Shown here: positions 18,389 through 30,141 of the stretch, one piece after another
Position numbering within the stretch: position 1 is the first letter of the stretch
Layout of the letters: the number at the start of each line of letters is the position of its first letter
Assembly: GCA_027459625.1 (NCBI GenBank)
Contig: DAIDHP010000009.1
Coordinates: 14,510 to 78,509 of the forward strand
DNA length: 64,000 bases
Reading direction: 5' to 3'
Source of the DNA: Chthonomonadales bacterium
GTDB taxonomy: Bacteria > Armatimonadota > Chthonomonadetes > Chthonomonadales > CAJBBX01
Program-made: the position numbers and the translations under genes
Notes under the pieces: model-generated
What the model was told of the DNA's origin: nothing
The model's input: the letters and a program-made list of their open reading frames with translations, nothing else
Database searches by the model: none

Positions 18389-21300
18389 CTAAATTTCATC
18401 TTCCAAATTGTCATCCAAAGCTGAAATATCCATCTCCGCGTCCTCATCCGGCATGGAGATGTCATCCATTTCCTCCTGATCAGCGGCTCCCAGATCCGAC
18501 AGAGGTTCAGAGTCATCCAATGTACTTAGGATTCCATCAAATGAGCTTTTCCCTCCGTCCAAACCAATGAGACTGGAATAGTCCACCGCTTCCTTTTCCT
18601 CCATCATACTCTTCAATGGGTTGATCTCCTCCAAATCCTCTGCTGGGATGTCAGCCTCCGGACGATAAATCGGTTCCTCCACGATTACAGGCTGCCCCTC
18701 ATGCGCAGGCTCCATGCATCGATAACGCGGCAATCCGGTTCCGGCGGGTATCAGTCTTCCGATGATCACATTTTCCTTCAAACCGATGAGTTCATCCTTT
18801 TTACCCCGCACAGCCGCCTCGGTCAGCACCCTCGTGGTTTTTTGGAAGGATGCTGCCGACAGGAAACTGTCTGTCGCCAGGGACGCCTCGGTAATCCCGA
18901 GAAGCACCCAATCCGCCGTGGCTTGGGTTTTCCCTTCGCTCTGCAACCGAGTGTTCTCATCCTCGAAGGCGAACTTATCCACCACCTGTCCGGGCAGGAA
19001 GACGGAATCCCCGGGATGCCGAACGCGGCGCTTCTTGAGCATTTGGCGAACGATCACTTCAACGTGGCGATCGTTGATATCCACGCCCTGTCCCTTGTAG
19101 ACGCTTTGGATCTCCCGCACCAAATAGTCCTGCACGCCTCTCGGTCCCTGCAATTCAAGCACCTTTTGCGGATCAAGCGGACCTTCGGTTAATCGGTCAC
19201 CGGGTTGGATTTCATCGCCCTCCTTGATCTCCAAGTCTCCTCTGTAAGGTACAAGGATGGTTTTTCGCAACACCACAACGTCGGTCTTCCCGAGAATATC
19301 CCTTTTGAAGATGCTCTCGGTGATCTGCTTGCCCGCTTCGGCAAGAATTTCACCGTTGCCGCCTATGATATCCTCGCCTAGCATCTCTCCGATGATATGG
19401 CTAGTGGTATCATCCACTTTCACGGGTGTGTGTATGACCACGTGCCGCAACCCGCGGGACTCGATGCTTATCACTTTTCCGCCCTGTTCGCTGATGATCG
19501 CCTGCCCTTTTGGCTTACGGGCTTCGAATAACTCGACCACCCTCAGAAGACCCCCTACGGTATCCTCCAGCACTTTTAGAACGGCCTGGACGGAGCGAAC
19601 GCGTTCTCTTTCCGATGTTCCCTCCTCCTCGAACTTAACGTGCCCCAACCGGATATCCTCGTGCAGTTCTCTCAAGGTGCTTTGACGCTTTTGTTTGACA
19701 TTAGCCACCCCGGTCAGATACTTCCCGGCGATACCTCCGGTATGGAACGTTCGCATTGTCAGCTGAGTACCTGGCTCTCCGATGGACTGCGCCGCGATGA
19801 TTCCCACCGCCACGCCGATATCCACTATTCTTCCGGTGGCCAAGTCTCTTCCGTAACACTTGGCGCAGATGCCCTGTCGAAGTTCGCAGGTCAACACGGA
19901 GCGAACGCAGATTCTCATGGAGGTGGATATCTCAAATATCGTGGAAGCTGGCTTTCCGCCTCGCTCCTTTCTCACCGAATCGCCGAGCAATTTCACCACG
20001 TCTTTCACATCGCGAGCGTCCCCTTTGTGCGCCACAGCGGAACCATCGGCGTCATAAAGATCATGGGTGATAATGCGAATCGAGTCCATATATTTGGCGA
20101 CCGAATCGATGATATCGGTGTTGGCGTGAGCGAGAATTCGAGGAACGCCGCCAGTGACTGTCCTGATATCCCCTGTGATGGGATCAACGACCATCTCCTC
20201 GTCTTCGTCGTTCCCGTTTTCCTCGGGGGACGATTCCGAAAGAGACCACAAGGGATTGATGATATCCTCCACGGGGTATCTGCCCCGAAGCCTTTCGCTG
20301 AGATTTTCGAGGACATCCCCGCCCTCGAGTATCTCCTCCACGTAAACGCCGTTTGTCGTGCCGCAGTCATCGCCGCGCACAATCACATCCTGGGAAACAT
20401 CCACCAGTCTTCTGGTCAGATATCCTGCATCAGCCGTTCTAAGAGCGGTGTCGGCAAGCCCCTTACGGGTTCCATGGGTGGATATGAAGTACTCCAGCAC
20501 ATTCAAGCCCTCGTGGAAATTGGACTTGATCGGCAGGTCCTCGATCAGGTTTCCAAACGGGTCCGACATCAAGCCGCGCATCCCTGAAAGCTGTGTTAGC
20601 TGTTTGGAGGAACCTCTCGCTCCGGAGTCGGTAATGATATGGATCGGGTTGAAATGATCCACGTTCTTCATGATCGCCTCGGCGACCCTTTCGGACGCTT
20701 CGAGCCAGTGGTTCAACACTTGCGTTTTGCGCTCGCCGAGAGTAATGGTGCCTCTGCGATACTGGCGGTTAAGGTTGCTGACGGCCTTCTCCGTATCGTT
20801 CAGAATGGAGTTGCGATCGGATGGCACATCCATGTCGGTCATGGAGATGGTGGTGCCGGAATTCATGGCGTACCGGAACCCCAGCATTTTCAAGTCATCT
20901 AAAAACTTGATGACGCACTCCTTGCCTCCGACTGCGTGCACCTCCGTGACCATCTCCTCGATATGTTTTTTCTTGATGGTCTCGAAAAGATACTTGTCCG
21001 AGTATTTCAACTCCTTCGGCAGAATTTGATTCAGTATCAATCTTCCGGACGTGGTCTGTCTTTTCACTTCGGAGCTATCTCCGAACACCTCGGCAACGCC
21101 ATCTCTTGATATGCGAACCTTGATAGGATCGTGAAGACCAACCACACCGGAATCGTATGCGAGAAGCGCATCTCCCGGATCGCTGAAAATCTCCGGGAAG
21201 GGTTCTCGGTTTTCCTGAATTGTGGTGAGATAGTAGCATCCCAGAACGATATCCTGGATCGGAGCCACGATTGGCTTTCCATTGGCGGGTGAGAAGAGAT

Positions 21301-23056
21301 TATGGCTGGAAAGCATCAATATTCTCGCCTCGGCTTGCGCATAGACGGACAAAGGCACGTGCACCGCCATTTGGTCGCCGTCGAAGTCAGCGTTAAATGC
21401 GTGGCACACAAGCGGATGCAACTGGATCGCCTTGCCATCCACCAGAACCGGTTCGAACGCCTGGATTCCAAGTCGATGCAGAGTGGGGGCGCGGTTCAAC
21501 ATCACCGGATGCTCTCGAATAACCTCCTCCAAGGCGTCCCACACCTCAGGGCGCATCTTGTCGATCATGCGCTTGGCGGTTTTGATATTGGAGGTGTATG
21601 CGGGACGGTTCGGCTTGGATTCGCAAAGGTTCTTCATGACGAACGGCTTAAACAACTCCAAAGCCATCTCCTTAGGCAACCCGCACTGATGCAGTTTCAG
21701 GTGAGGCCCAACGACGATGACCGAGCGGCCGGAATAGTCCACGCGCTTTCCGAGAAGGTTCTTGCGGAAGCGCCCCTCCTTGCCCTTAAGCATGTCGGAA
21801 AGCGATTTGAGCGGACGGTTGTTGGAACCGACGACCGGTCGCGTGCGCCTTCCGTTGTCAATCAGAGCGTCCACCGCCTCCTGAAGCAAACGTTTCTCAT
21901 GGTTCACGATGCTTTCAGGTGCGCGGATCTCGGTTATCTTCTTAAGACGATTGTTTCGGTTGATAATACGGCGATAGAGATCATTCAGGTCGGAAGTGGC
22001 GAAGCGCCCTCCATCCAACTGCACCATCGGTCGCAGTTCCGGCGAAATCACCGGGATGCAATCCATGATCATCCATGAGGGATGCGCCTTGCTGTTGATG
22101 AAAGCCTCAACCACCTCCAGGCGTTTGATCGATCTGGCGCGCTTGGGTCCTTGCGTGCTCTGAACCTCATTGCGAAGGTCTCTGGCGAGTATGTCCAAAT
22201 CCACCTCTTCGAGCAACTCCTTGATAGCCGCGCCGCCCAATCCTGCGCGTACAATCCCTTCGTAGCTCTCTCCGGTGTAATGAGTCAGCACCTCCACCAG
22301 ACGCTCCAAGGCGCGATACTGATCCTCCGTGATTAGCTGCCGTTTTTCGATCTTCTCCAGCAACTGCAAGGAGGACTGAATTATCTCGATTTGCTCCTCC
22401 GCGTCCCTTTCCTTCTGCTTTATATCCTCCACAAGACGCTTGGTCTTGGTTTCAATTGCCGATTCGTCCCAGCGCTCGACGTCCTCCTCCAGCTCCTCGG
22501 CCGTATGGATTGCGCGTTCCCGATTGAACGCATCCGTCTCCTGATCCGCGATGGAGGCTTTCTCCCGATCAATCCTCTCGATCTCCTCCTCCACGGCCTT
22601 GCGAATCGTATCCATGTTTTGCTTGATGCGAGAGTGATCCACGGAGGTCACGATATAACTCGCGAAGTAAAGCACCTTCTCCAGCGGCCTGGGGGAGATA
22701 TCCAAAATCAGGGAGAGCGGGCTAGGAACCCCCTTGAGATACCAAATATGACACACAGGCGCGGCGAGTTCGATATGGCCCATTCGCTCGCGTCTCACTT
22801 TGCTTCTGGTGACTTCCACGCCGCAACGGTCGCAAACGATCCCCTTGAATTTAACCTTCTTGTAGCGCCCGCAGTGGCATTCCCAGTCCTTGACGGGTCC
22901 AAAGATTTTTTCACAGAAAAGCCCGTCGCGTTCCGGTTTGAAAGTACGATAATTGATTGTCTCCGGCTTCTTCACCTCGCCGTAAGACCATGTGCGTATT
23001 TCATCCGGGGAGGCAATCCCGATTCGGATTTTTGAGAACGTGCTGGCGTCAGCCAT
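18389..23056 (-). CDS. rpoC: DNA-directed RNA polymerase subunit beta-prime
   Basis: Start moved to ATG 23056 (GGGAGGAGA upstream), giving [54 protein letters not shown]. Zn-finger CHCGRYKK...CDRCGVEV. Catalytic NADFDGDQM. Trigger-loop and bridge motifs present. 1555 aa. Confidence 0.98.
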   Translation of the reverse strand: MADASTFSKIRIGIASPDEIRTWSYGEVKKPETINYRTFKPERDGLFCEKIFGPVKDWECHCGRYKKVKFKGIVCDRCGVEVTRSKVRRERMGHIELAAPVCHIWYLKGVPSPLSLILDISPRPLEKVLYFASYIVTSVDHSRIKQNMDTIRKAVEEEIERIDREKASIADQETDAFNRERAIHTAEELEEDVERWDESAIETKTKRLVEDIKQKERDAEEQIEIIQSSLQLLEKIEKRQLITEDQYRALERLVEVLTHYTGESYEGIVRAGLGGAAIKELLEEVDLDILARDLRNEVQSTQGPKRARSIKRLEVVEAFINSKAHPSWMIMDCIPVISPELRPMVQLDGGRFATSDLNDLYRRIINRNNRLKKITEIRAPESIVNHEKRLLQEAVDALIDNGRRTRPVVGSNNRPLKSLSDMLKGKEGRFRKNLLGKRVDYSGRSVIVVGPHLKLHQCGLPKEMALELFKPFVMKNLCESKPNRPAYTSNIKTAKRMIDKMRPEVWDALEEVIREHPVMLNRAPTLHRLGIQAFEPVLVDGKAIQLHPLVCHAFNADFDGDQMAVHVPLSVYAQAEARILMLSSHNLFSPANGKPIVAPIQDIVLGCYYLTTIQENREPFPEIFSDPGDALLAYDSGVVGLHDPIKVRISRDGVAEVFGDSSEVKRQTTSGRLILNQILPKELKYSDKYLFETIKKKHIEEMVTEVHAVGGKECVIKFLDDLKMLGFRYAMNSGTTISMTDMDVPSDRNSILNDTEKAVSNLNRQYRRGTITLGERKTQVLNHWLEASERVAEAIMKNVDHFNPIHIITDSGARGSSKQLTQLSGMRGLMSDPFGNLIEDLPIKSNFHEGLNVLEYFISTHGTRKGLADTALRTADAGYLTRRLVDVSQDVIVRGDDCGTTNGVYVEEILEGGDVLENLSERLRGRYPVEDIINPLWSLSESSPEENGNDEDEEMVVDPITGDIRTVTGGVPRILAHANTDIIDSVAKYMDSIRIITHDLYDADGSAVAHKGDARDVKDVVKLLGDSVRKERGGKPASTIFEISTSMRICVRSVLTCELRQGICAKCYGRDLATGRIVDIGVAVGIIAAQSIGEPGTQLTMRTFHTGGIAGKYLTGVANVKQKRQSTLRELHEDIRLGHVKFEEEGTSERERVRSVQAVLKVLEDTVGGLLRVVELFEARKPKGQAIISEQGGKVISIESRGLRHVVIHTPVKVDDTTSHIIGEMLGEDIIGGNGEILAEAGKQITESIFKRDILGKTDVVVLRKTILVPYRGDLEIKEGDEIQPGDRLTEGPLDPQKVLELQGPRGVQDYLVREIQSVYKGQGVDINDRHVEVIVRQMLKKRRVRHPGDSVFLPGQVVDKFAFEDENTRLQSEGKTQATADWVLLGITEASLATDSFLSAASFQKTTRVLTEAAVRGKKDELIGLKENVIIGRLIPAGTGLPRYRCMEPAHEGQPVIVEEPIYRPEADIPAEDLEEINPLKSMMEEKEAVDYSSLIGLDGGKSSFDGILSTLDDSEPLSDLGAADQEEMDDISMPDEDAEMDISALDDNLEDEI

Positions 23057-23250
23057 TTTGTCTCCTCCCGTAATACACCCCGGGGTCACCGAGATGCAGG
23101 TATGATATGCGGCGAACCGATTTATTCACGAGAAATCGGACACCTGCGTTCAACTGATCAAATATAATGTTACTGAATGCAATCATGAACAATCTTCTCT
23201 ATCTTAATGGGCCACGAGTGACTCATTCCATTCATCGGTTTTAAGGCAAG

Positions 23251-23283
23251 CGAAAAGGGACAGGCGAAAAGTCGTGCCTGCCC
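23251..23283 (-). terminator. Terminator/attenuator-like hairpin in the rpoB-rpoC spacer
   Basis: On the minus strand: GGGCAGGC-acgacttttc-GCCTGTCCC (8 bp with a 1-nt bulge), followed directly by TTTTCG. It lies 20 nt after the rpoB stop. Confidence 0.4.
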
Positions 23284-23303
23284 TCTTCGTTCAACTTGGG
23301 AAT

Positions 23304-26300
23304 CTAAATGTTCGGGTTATCATCGTCTTTCAACGATTGCCCCAACTTCTTTGCGCGTAAACGGGCGGCGGCTTTTACAGGATCCTCATGCGGATCGATG
23401 TCATCGTCATGATCCTTGAGATCGATCTCGCGATCCTTGTCATCCTCCACCGCGACCTTCAATCCCAGGGACTGAAGCTCGTTGACGAGTATCTTGAAGG
23501 ATTCCGGCACACCCGGTTCGAGCATGCTGTCGCCCTTCACAATCGCTTCATAGGTCTTAACTCTGCCCATTACATCGTCGGATTTGATGGTCAGTATCTC
23601 CTGAAGCGTGTAAGCGGCGCCATAGGCTTCCAACGCCCAGACCTCCATCTCTCCAAACCTCTGACCTCCGAACTGAGCCTTGCCACCCAGCGGTTGCTGC
23701 GTAACCAAGGAGTAAGGCCCGGTGGACCTTGCGTGTATCTTGTCATCCACCAAGTGAGCCAGCTTAAGCATGTAAATGACGCCGACAGTCACGGGCTGGT
23801 CAAATTGCTCGCCCGTCAAGCCATTGCGCAGATAGCATTTTCCGGTTTTCGGATCGATCCCCGCTCTCGCCCATGCGTTGCTCTGGATTCGATTTAGGAT
23901 ATCATCATACACCCCGTCGTCCGGAATCCGCTCCAACGCTTTGTCGGATACGATTTCGATATCGGCGCCTTCAACGGAGGAACCATCGTTATTAACGATC
24001 GGCTCGGTTGGTTTCACCATGGGTCCGCAGACGATTCGGGATATCCCCTCAAGCTGTTCCATATCGCACGCCTGCAAAGCTCCACGCACCTTCCCGATCA
24101 TCCTGTCCTTGAGCTCCTCGACGGCTTGCCGTAACTCCGAGGGATTTTCAATCTCTCCAAGTTCATTCTCGATATCTTCGATCTCATCGAAATCGACCTC
24201 AAGTCCCAGTTCGCCTTTGACGTAGTCGTACAGGGCCTTGCGCCGGAGGTAAACCCCCAAACGATCCAACTCTCCGAGGATATCGTCCTCGGTGGAGCCT
24301 TCAAACGCCGGATTGACAAAGGAGCAATCTAGATGCTTGCCGACAATGCCGAGATGCGTCTCCAATATCTGCCCTATGTTCATACGGGAGGGCACGCCCA
24401 AGGGGTTCAGCACGATGTCGACGGGAGTGCCATCCGGAAGGAACGGCATATCCTCCTCGGGCAGGATCTTGGAGATGACGCCTTTGTTGCCATGGCGTCC
24501 CGCCATCTTGTCGCCTTCCATGATTTTTCGCTTTTGGGCGATATAGACTCGAACGAGTTGGTTTACACCGGGGTTCAATTCATCCGCCGCCAAGCGCACC
24601 ATTTCACCATCGCAGCGTTCACAAGTCGTGCGTTCCGGTCGCTTGCTGAAATTGTAGATCGTCTTGCATCGGACGCACTGATACTTGAATCGGCTGAAGA
24701 CCTTTACGTCCACGACCTTGCCCTTTTCACCGTGGGGCACGCGGAGAGAGACGTCTCGCGTCTCCTCGGCCTTCTTGCCGAAGATGGCGATGATAAGCCT
24801 CTCCTCGGCGGTCAATTCGCCCTGACCTTTCGGAGCCACCTCGCCGACCAGGATATCCTCGGGTCTCACCTCCGCTCCGATGCGGATGATCCCGTTCTCA
24901 TCCAAGTCCTTGAGCATATCCTCGCCGACATTGGGGATATCCCGCGTGATCTCCTCCGGACCGAGCTTGGTGTCGCGAGCCTCTTTCTCGTATTTTTCAA
25001 TATGGATGCTGGTGAAGATATCGTCCTTGACGAGCCTTTCCGAGAGAAGGATGGCATCCTCGTAGTTGTAACCGCCCCAAGGCATAAACGCCACAAGAAC
25101 GTTCTGCCCCAACGCCAACTCGCCCTTGTCGGTGCAAGGACCATCGGCGAGAACCTGACCAACTCGCACCCTTTGCCCCTTGTTCACAATCGGATGCTGG
25201 GTGATACAGGTGCCGTGATTGGAGCGAAGCATGTTCAGCAACTTGTATGTATCCTTGTGACCCTCCTCTGTCAGAACTGTGATCTCCTCCGCAGTGACTT
25301 TCGACACCGTCCCCGCTCTCTTGGTTAGAATCACAGCCCCCGAGTCTCGGGCGGCGCGTTTCTCGATGCCGCTCTTGACGATCGGCGCATCCGGACGGAG
25401 CGTCGGCACCGCCTGTCTTTGCATGTTGGAGCCCATGAGAGCCCGACTTGCGTCATCGTTTTCGAGGAATGGAATCAACGCCGTCGCCACGGAAACGATT
25501 TGCCTCGGGGAAACGTCCATGTACTCCACCTGGTCCTTGCGAACCACAGGGTATTGATCTTCGAAACGGACTTGGATGTGATCGTTCACGAAATGCCCGT
25601 TTTCATCCAGCTTCTCATTGGCCGGCGCGATGTGATAACGGTGGTCGATATCCGCCGTCATCCACTCGGTATCGTTTGTGACAACCCCTCGACGAACCTT
25701 AAGATAGGGGGTTTCGAGGAATCCGTATTTGTCCACGCGGGCGTGGATCGCCATGGAGCCGATCAATCCGATGTTCGGACCTTCCGGAGTTTCGATGGGA
25801 CAGATGCGGCCATAGTGGCTATGGTGCACGTCGCGCACTTCCAATTTGGCGCTCTGTCTTGAAAGACCTCCGGGGCCGAGGGCTGATAGCCTTCGCTTGT
25901 GAGTCAATTCCGCCAGAGGGTTCGTTTGATCCATAAACTGGCTCAAATGAATCGAACCGAAGAAGCTTTTGATGCTCGCCGATATCGGTTTGACGGACAG
26001 GATGACTTGCGGAATGATATTGTCGGTGTCAAGCGAGGTCATCCTCTCCTTCGCCACCTTCTCCATGCGGAGAAAGCCCATTCGCAACTGGCTGCTCAGC
26101 AACTCGCCGACGGAACGGATGCGTTTGTTTTCCAAATGATCGATATCGTCGGTAGTGCCTATGTTGGCGCTAAGATTGATGACATAGCGCAGGATATTGA
26201 TTATATCCATGCAGGTGAGCGTGCGGGACTGCAAAGGCTGATGATCTCTCATATGCTTCATCACCCCAAGCAGCTTTTTGTTCATTTTATATCGGCCCAC

Positions 26301-27602
26301 GCGAGCCATATCGTATTTGCGCTTATCGTAAAATTGATTCTGCAGGAAATTACGCGACGAATCCTCCGTGACGGGATCGCCCGGGCGAGCCTTCCTGTAG
26401 ATATCCAGCAACGCCTCCTTGGCGTTGGCTGAGTCATCCTGAGCGATGGTCTCTTCGATGTACGGATTCGTATCGTAAATATCCAAAGTGGATCTGTTTT
26501 GCTTCAGGATGTTGTTCGCGATGGTTTTATCGATCTTACCGAATGGTTTCAGGAGTACCTTGTCCGTCTTCGGGTCTCTTAGCTCCTCCGCCACCCTCTT
26601 GCCGATAAGCTGATCCGCCGTGAGAACTTCCCTGTCCAGCTCCATTCGAACTCTGCGGCTGAACAGACGTATCAGATCGTTATTGGTTTCGCATGGCGCG
26701 ATTAATTCCAAGGTGTATCCGGGACCGAGTTTCGTCTCGATGTCCGCAAGGGCGACATTCTCCCCCTCCTTGGCGCCAAGTATGAGTTCCCTGTCCAAAT
26801 CCTCGTGGGAATCGACGATACGAGCCCCCGCCTCCGCCAGCACCTCCCCTGTTTTTTTATCCACAATCGTCGAGGTGATCTGGAGAGGCAGAATATAGTC
26901 CTTCTCCCCTTCGGTGTCGGTTTCAGATTCAACTTTTTTATAGACCCACAATCGCTCCCGCGCATCGGCGACGGAGATGCGCAAAGGCTCGACGGCGTCA
27001 TGATATGATGGATTCCCGGACGAATCCCTGGCGTTCAAAGCCCTGATAAGCGTGGTGAGCGGGAATTTTCTCGCCTGACCGATTCGCACCGAGACAACGC
27101 TGTTGGCGTCGGTCTCGATATCGACCCACGCGCCCTCATTGGGGATTAACGTGGCGAAATAAAGCACGCGCCCGCTAAAATCCAGGTTGTCCTTGAAATA
27201 GACACCCGGCGAACGAGCCAACTGACTGACAACAACGCGTTCCGCCCCATTGATGACGAAAGTACCCTTTTCCGTCATAAGCGGCAGATCGCCAAGATAG
27301 ACTTCGCTTTCAATGATTTCCTTGTTCGATTGAGTTAGACGCACCTTCGCCTTCACGGGGGATTCGAAGGTCATGTCCCTATCGCGACATTCGTCAATCT
27401 GATATTTCGGTTCTCCAAGGGTGAAATCAACTAGGGAAATGGAGCTATTACCGGTATAATCATAGATGGGAGAAAAACTATCGAAAAGCTCCTTTAAACC
27501 TTCTTCTAGAAACCATCGGTACGAATCTAACTGTAACTCAACCAGGTTGGGGATATCAACAACGTGGGAAGCCTTCTTCGAAGCGTGTTGGATTTCCTTC
27601 AA
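23304..27602 (-). CDS. rpoB: DNA-directed RNA polymerase subunit beta
   Basis: 1432 aa. N-terminus [16 protein letters not shown]. Conserved [40 protein letters not shown] and other blocks. Several lineage-specific insertions. Confidence 0.98.
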   Translation of the reverse strand: MKEIQHASKKASHVVDIPNLVELQLDSYRWFLEEGLKELFDSFSPIYDYTGNSSISLVDFTLGEPKYQIDECRDRDMTFESPVKAKVRLTQSNKEIIESEVYLGDLPLMTEKGTFVINGAERVVVSQLARSPGVYFKDNLDFSGRVLYFATLIPNEGAWVDIETDANSVVSVRIGQARKFPLTTLIRALNARDSSGNPSYHDAVEPLRISVADARERLWVYKKVESETDTEGEKDYILPLQITSTIVDKKTGEVLAEAGARIVDSHEDLDRELILGAKEGENVALADIETKLGPGYTLELIAPCETNNDLIRLFSRRVRMELDREVLTADQLIGKRVAEELRDPKTDKVLLKPFGKIDKTIANNILKQNRSTLDIYDTNPYIEETIAQDDSANAKEALLDIYRKARPGDPVTEDSSRNFLQNQFYDKRKYDMARVGRYKMNKKLLGVMKHMRDHQPLQSRTLTCMDIINILRYVINLSANIGTTDDIDHLENKRIRSVGELLSSQLRMGFLRMEKVAKERMTSLDTDNIIPQVILSVKPISASIKSFFGSIHLSQFMDQTNPLAELTHKRRLSALGPGGLSRQSAKLEVRDVHHSHYGRICPIETPEGPNIGLIGSMAIHARVDKYGFLETPYLKVRRGVVTNDTEWMTADIDHRYHIAPANEKLDENGHFVNDHIQVRFEDQYPVVRKDQVEYMDVSPRQIVSVATALIPFLENDDASRALMGSNMQRQAVPTLRPDAPIVKSGIEKRAARDSGAVILTKRAGTVSKVTAEEITVLTEEGHKDTYKLLNMLRSNHGTCITQHPIVNKGQRVRVGQVLADGPCTDKGELALGQNVLVAFMPWGGYNYEDAILLSERLVKDDIFTSIHIEKYEKEARDTKLGPEEITRDIPNVGEDMLKDLDENGIIRIGAEVRPEDILVGEVAPKGQGELTAEERLIIAIFGKKAEETRDVSLRVPHGEKGKVVDVKVFSRFKYQCVRCKTIYNFSKRPERTTCERCDGEMVRLAADELNPGVNQLVRVYIAQKRKIMEGDKMAGRHGNKGVISKILPEEDMPFLPDGTPVDIVLNPLGVPSRMNIGQILETHLGIVGKHLDCSFVNPAFEGSTEDDILGELDRLGVYLRRKALYDYVKGELGLEVDFDEIEDIENELGEIENPSELRQAVEELKDRMIGKVRGALQACDMEQLEGISRIVCGPMVKPTEPIVNNDGSSVEGADIEIVSDKALERIPDDGVYDDILNRIQSNAWARAGIDPKTGKCYLRNGLTGEQFDQPVTVGVIYMLKLAHLVDDKIHARSTGPYSLVTQQPLGGKAQFGGQRFGEMEVWALEAYGAAYTLQEILTIKSDDVMGRVKTYEAIVKGDSMLEPGVPESFKILVNELQSLGLKVAVEDDKDREIDLKDHDDDIDPHEDPVKAAARLRAKKLGQSLKDDDNPNI

Positions 27603-27635
27603 TGGTGGACCCTCCTATGCTACGCACGAAGATAC

Positions 27636-27664
27636 ATTATAGCATGATAAAGTAATTCCGTCAA
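27636..27664 (-). promoter_or_regulatory. Near-consensus sigma70-type promoter for rpoB
   Basis: On the minus strand: TTGACG (27659-27664), 17-nt spacer, TATAAT (27636-27641). It lies ~35 nt upstream of ATG 27602. Confidence 0.6.
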
Positions 27665-28008
27665 TACCTAATACGGATATGGTGTGAAAAAGTTGCAATC
27701 CGTTTATGAATCCAACGGCTCCGCTCCCTTCCATATTGCGATGTTTCTAGTATCCCTCTTACAACTCACCAGGCCTTGCGATGTGCAGTAAATGCGCGTA
27801 ATAACGACACTCGCGGGTTGACACGAGTCCGCTAAAGCCGACATTCGCGCATCGTATTTCAGGTGGCGCCATGTAACCACGCCATAAGCGAGAACCAATG
27901 AAAGTATGCAAATCTCCGCCGGCGACGGACGAGAATACGAACGCCTCGGATCGGACGGATCCGTCAGATGAAACCGCTCAGTCCGGTCTCGGATTTACCA
28001 CCCCTTGG

Positions 28009-30141
28009 TCATTTCCGAGTGAACCAGCCGGAAAGGTCTCTTGTGAATACGGGTATCGAAACTTTCATCGCTCCATCCTTCGCGACTACAACGGGCACGG
28101 TTTTCATCTCACTTGCGAGGGAGGGATTGAACCAATGCACTTGATAATCCCCGGGCTGGATATCGTTTAGAATCAAATCCCCCGTCATATTATCCCCGGC
28201 GCCTCGCTTGTAAACCCAAAAGATTCCCTGCGTGCGGCTGGTCTTCGCCAAAGCGCCAATGGCGGGAGCGTATGGGTCCAGAGTGAAACCTCCAAGCACA
28301 ACCCAGTCATTTCCGGTATTCACTAACTTGATATCATGCGAACCCGCAGGCACTTTCACCTGCAAGGTATCGTTCACTCCCGTATCCTGCTTCGCCTCCG
28401 GATAGACCTTTTCAGCCTCTTTTTGCCCGTCGACAAGAATGTCAAGAGTGGCTCCGGCTTTAGCCACTTGTCTTATGGTCACCGAAAACGTCCCCGTGCG
28501 CACGTAATCCGCATGGAAGAGGATATATGGCGTAAGGGCGCGATGGTTATTCCCCTGAAGGTACGAGGGCATCTCGCCATTGCCATCCACCGTGCCATCG
28601 GGGGAAACGGTATAGTCGGTGGTTTTTTCCGACCCCCATCCTCCGCCAGGACCGAAGGATAAAATACCGAGAGAGTCGGTCTTCACGACGGCGGTAACCG
28701 CTTTGATACCATTCATATAAGGGAACCGGGACAGTTTCATAAAGGTGGTTGCTGCAAGGTATTGAGGATAAAGGTTCTGCGAATCCACGGCGTCCCAAGC
28801 CCAAAACTCCGCCGCGCCGGAGGAATCGCTCATCATGCTCCCCCATAATGCTTGTTCCAGCCAAGGACCGTCATTCTTGCTCATATCCCCGTTAGGACCT
28901 GTTTCCCCCATGAACCATGGCTTGGCAAGATGCTTGGCGTCATACGCGGAGAAAGTGGCCAAGGGGTCCGCAACGTATTCATGAGGCTGCAGGTAATCCA
29001 TATCCTTCCAGATGGGCAGTTTCAGGTCGGAGCTAGTGGTGACAAGGTGGTGATACGGGTCCTGGCTGCGGATGAAATCCGCCATGGTTTTGTGCCAAGC
29101 GCCGACCTCGGCTTCATCGTGTTGCGAGATAGCATCCGTCCATTGCACCTCGTTGAAGATCTCCCACGCCATAATGGCGGGAGAATATCCCCAGCGGGCG
29201 ATGATGTAGCGGAACTTGGCTTCCGTCAGGGCGATAGCCTTCGAGTTGGTGAAAAACTCCTCCGGAGAATTGAGAAAACCGCCATTTTTCTTGTTCCACG
29301 GGTTCTCGTTCCAGTTGGGGTTGGTGGTGGTGGAATACTCCCCGTGATATTGCAAAACCATCTGGATATGGATGTTATTTCGCTGTGCGGTGGAGATGAT
29401 ATTATCCCATCTTTTCGCCACATCCAGCCGGAGATAACCAATATGCCCCTGTGCGTCGCCTCCCCAATCCAGATTCAGGTTATCCCAAGCGCACATCCAT
29501 ATTCGCGACCAGTTCTCCCCAGACTTGCCCATCTTATCCAGGATGGAGGTGATATAGCCGGGCTTGCCGTTTCCCCAACCGAGATCGTTTCCAATGGGAT
29601 AGTAGGGCTTGCCATCGTCGAAGACGAAACGCATGGGATCGTTCGTCGATATTTTTATGAAACCATTCGAAGGCTTTCCGGTCACTTGGAAGGTCTTATT
29701 CTCCATCTTCCCGGCGTTGACAGGAGAGCCGTTCAAGGTGACCTCCGTCACCTGATGCCTTCCGGTCATCAAAGGAGTGAAACGGACCTTCCAGAGGTCC
29801 CCGCCGTCAAAAAACGCCGGCAGCGTTATTTTGGAGCCATTTGGCTCTGAAATGGTCGCCTTGATATCGTTCTCCTTGAAATCAAACGGGTTCCCCTTAA
29901 TATGAGGCAGTTGAAAGGATATCTCCACCATAGGATAAGCGCCGCGCAATTCGTTTCCGTTCCGTTCGCTCCTAACCGTGTGAGTTAAACCGCTGGATGA
30001 GGTGTAATTGCCGGTGAGATTGTTTCCAAAAAGGCTGTTTTGCTGAGAGGGCATGAAATCCCCGCCCCCGCATCCTGTCAATATTGGAAGTGCGGCGAAG
30101 AACGCCAACCATTTGACTAAACGAAGTGATCTACCGATCAT
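28009..30141 (-). CDS. Lipoprotein, DUF5060-like N-terminal domain plus GH5-like (clan GH-A) glycoside hydrolase
   Basis: Start moved to ATG 30141 (GGAGAA upstream). Lipobox ALPILTGCGG. Ig-like N-domain followed by a TIM-barrel pattern ...IMAWEIFNEVQW... (NE acid/base motif). Beta-sandwich-like C-terminus. Confidence 0.65.
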   Translation of the reverse strand: MIGRSLRLVKWLAFFAALPILTGCGGGDFMPSQQNSLFGNNLTGNYTSSSGLTHTVRSERNGNELRGAYPMVEISFQLPHIKGNPFDFKENDIKATISEPNGSKITLPAFFDGGDLWKVRFTPLMTGRHQVTEVTLNGSPVNAGKMENKTFQVTGKPSNGFIKISTNDPMRFVFDDGKPYYPIGNDLGWGNGKPGYITSILDKMGKSGENWSRIWMCAWDNLNLDWGGDAQGHIGYLRLDVAKRWDNIISTAQRNNIHIQMVLQYHGEYSTTTNPNWNENPWNKKNGGFLNSPEEFFTNSKAIALTEAKFRYIIARWGYSPAIMAWEIFNEVQWTDAISQHDEAEVGAWHKTMADFIRSQDPYHHLVTTSSDLKLPIWKDMDYLQPHEYVADPLATFSAYDAKHLAKPWFMGETGPNGDMSKNDGPWLEQALWGSMMSDSSGAAEFWAWDAVDSQNLYPQYLAATTFMKLSRFPYMNGIKAVTAVVKTDSLGILSFGPGGGWGSEKTTDYTVSPDGTVDGNGEMPSYLQGNNHRALTPYILFHADYVRTGTFSVTIRQVAKAGATLDILVDGQKEAEKVYPEAKQDTGVNDTLQVKVPAGSHDIKLVNTGNDWVVLGGFTLDPYAPAIGALAKTSRTQGIFWVYKRGAGDNMTGDLILNDIQPGDYQVHWFNPSLASEMKTVPVVVAKDGAMKVSIPVFTRDLSGWFTRK

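Noticed and set aside
18701-27008. Many long ORFs antisense to rpoC and rpoB (for example 19640-20587 at 315 aa, 21302-22078 at 258 aa, 22391-23035 at 214 aa, 24333-25328 at 331 aa, 25899-26432 at 177 aa).
   Set aside because: These are shadow ORFs opposite highly conserved genes. Their composition is R/H/G/L-rich and low-complexity, they have no RBS, and there is no room for independent genes.
27954-27965. Perfect 12-nt palindrome GACGGATCCGTC downstream of the GH5-like gene.
   Set aside because: It has no loop, so it is not a hairpin terminator. It is a single occurrence and is expected by chance at this length scale.
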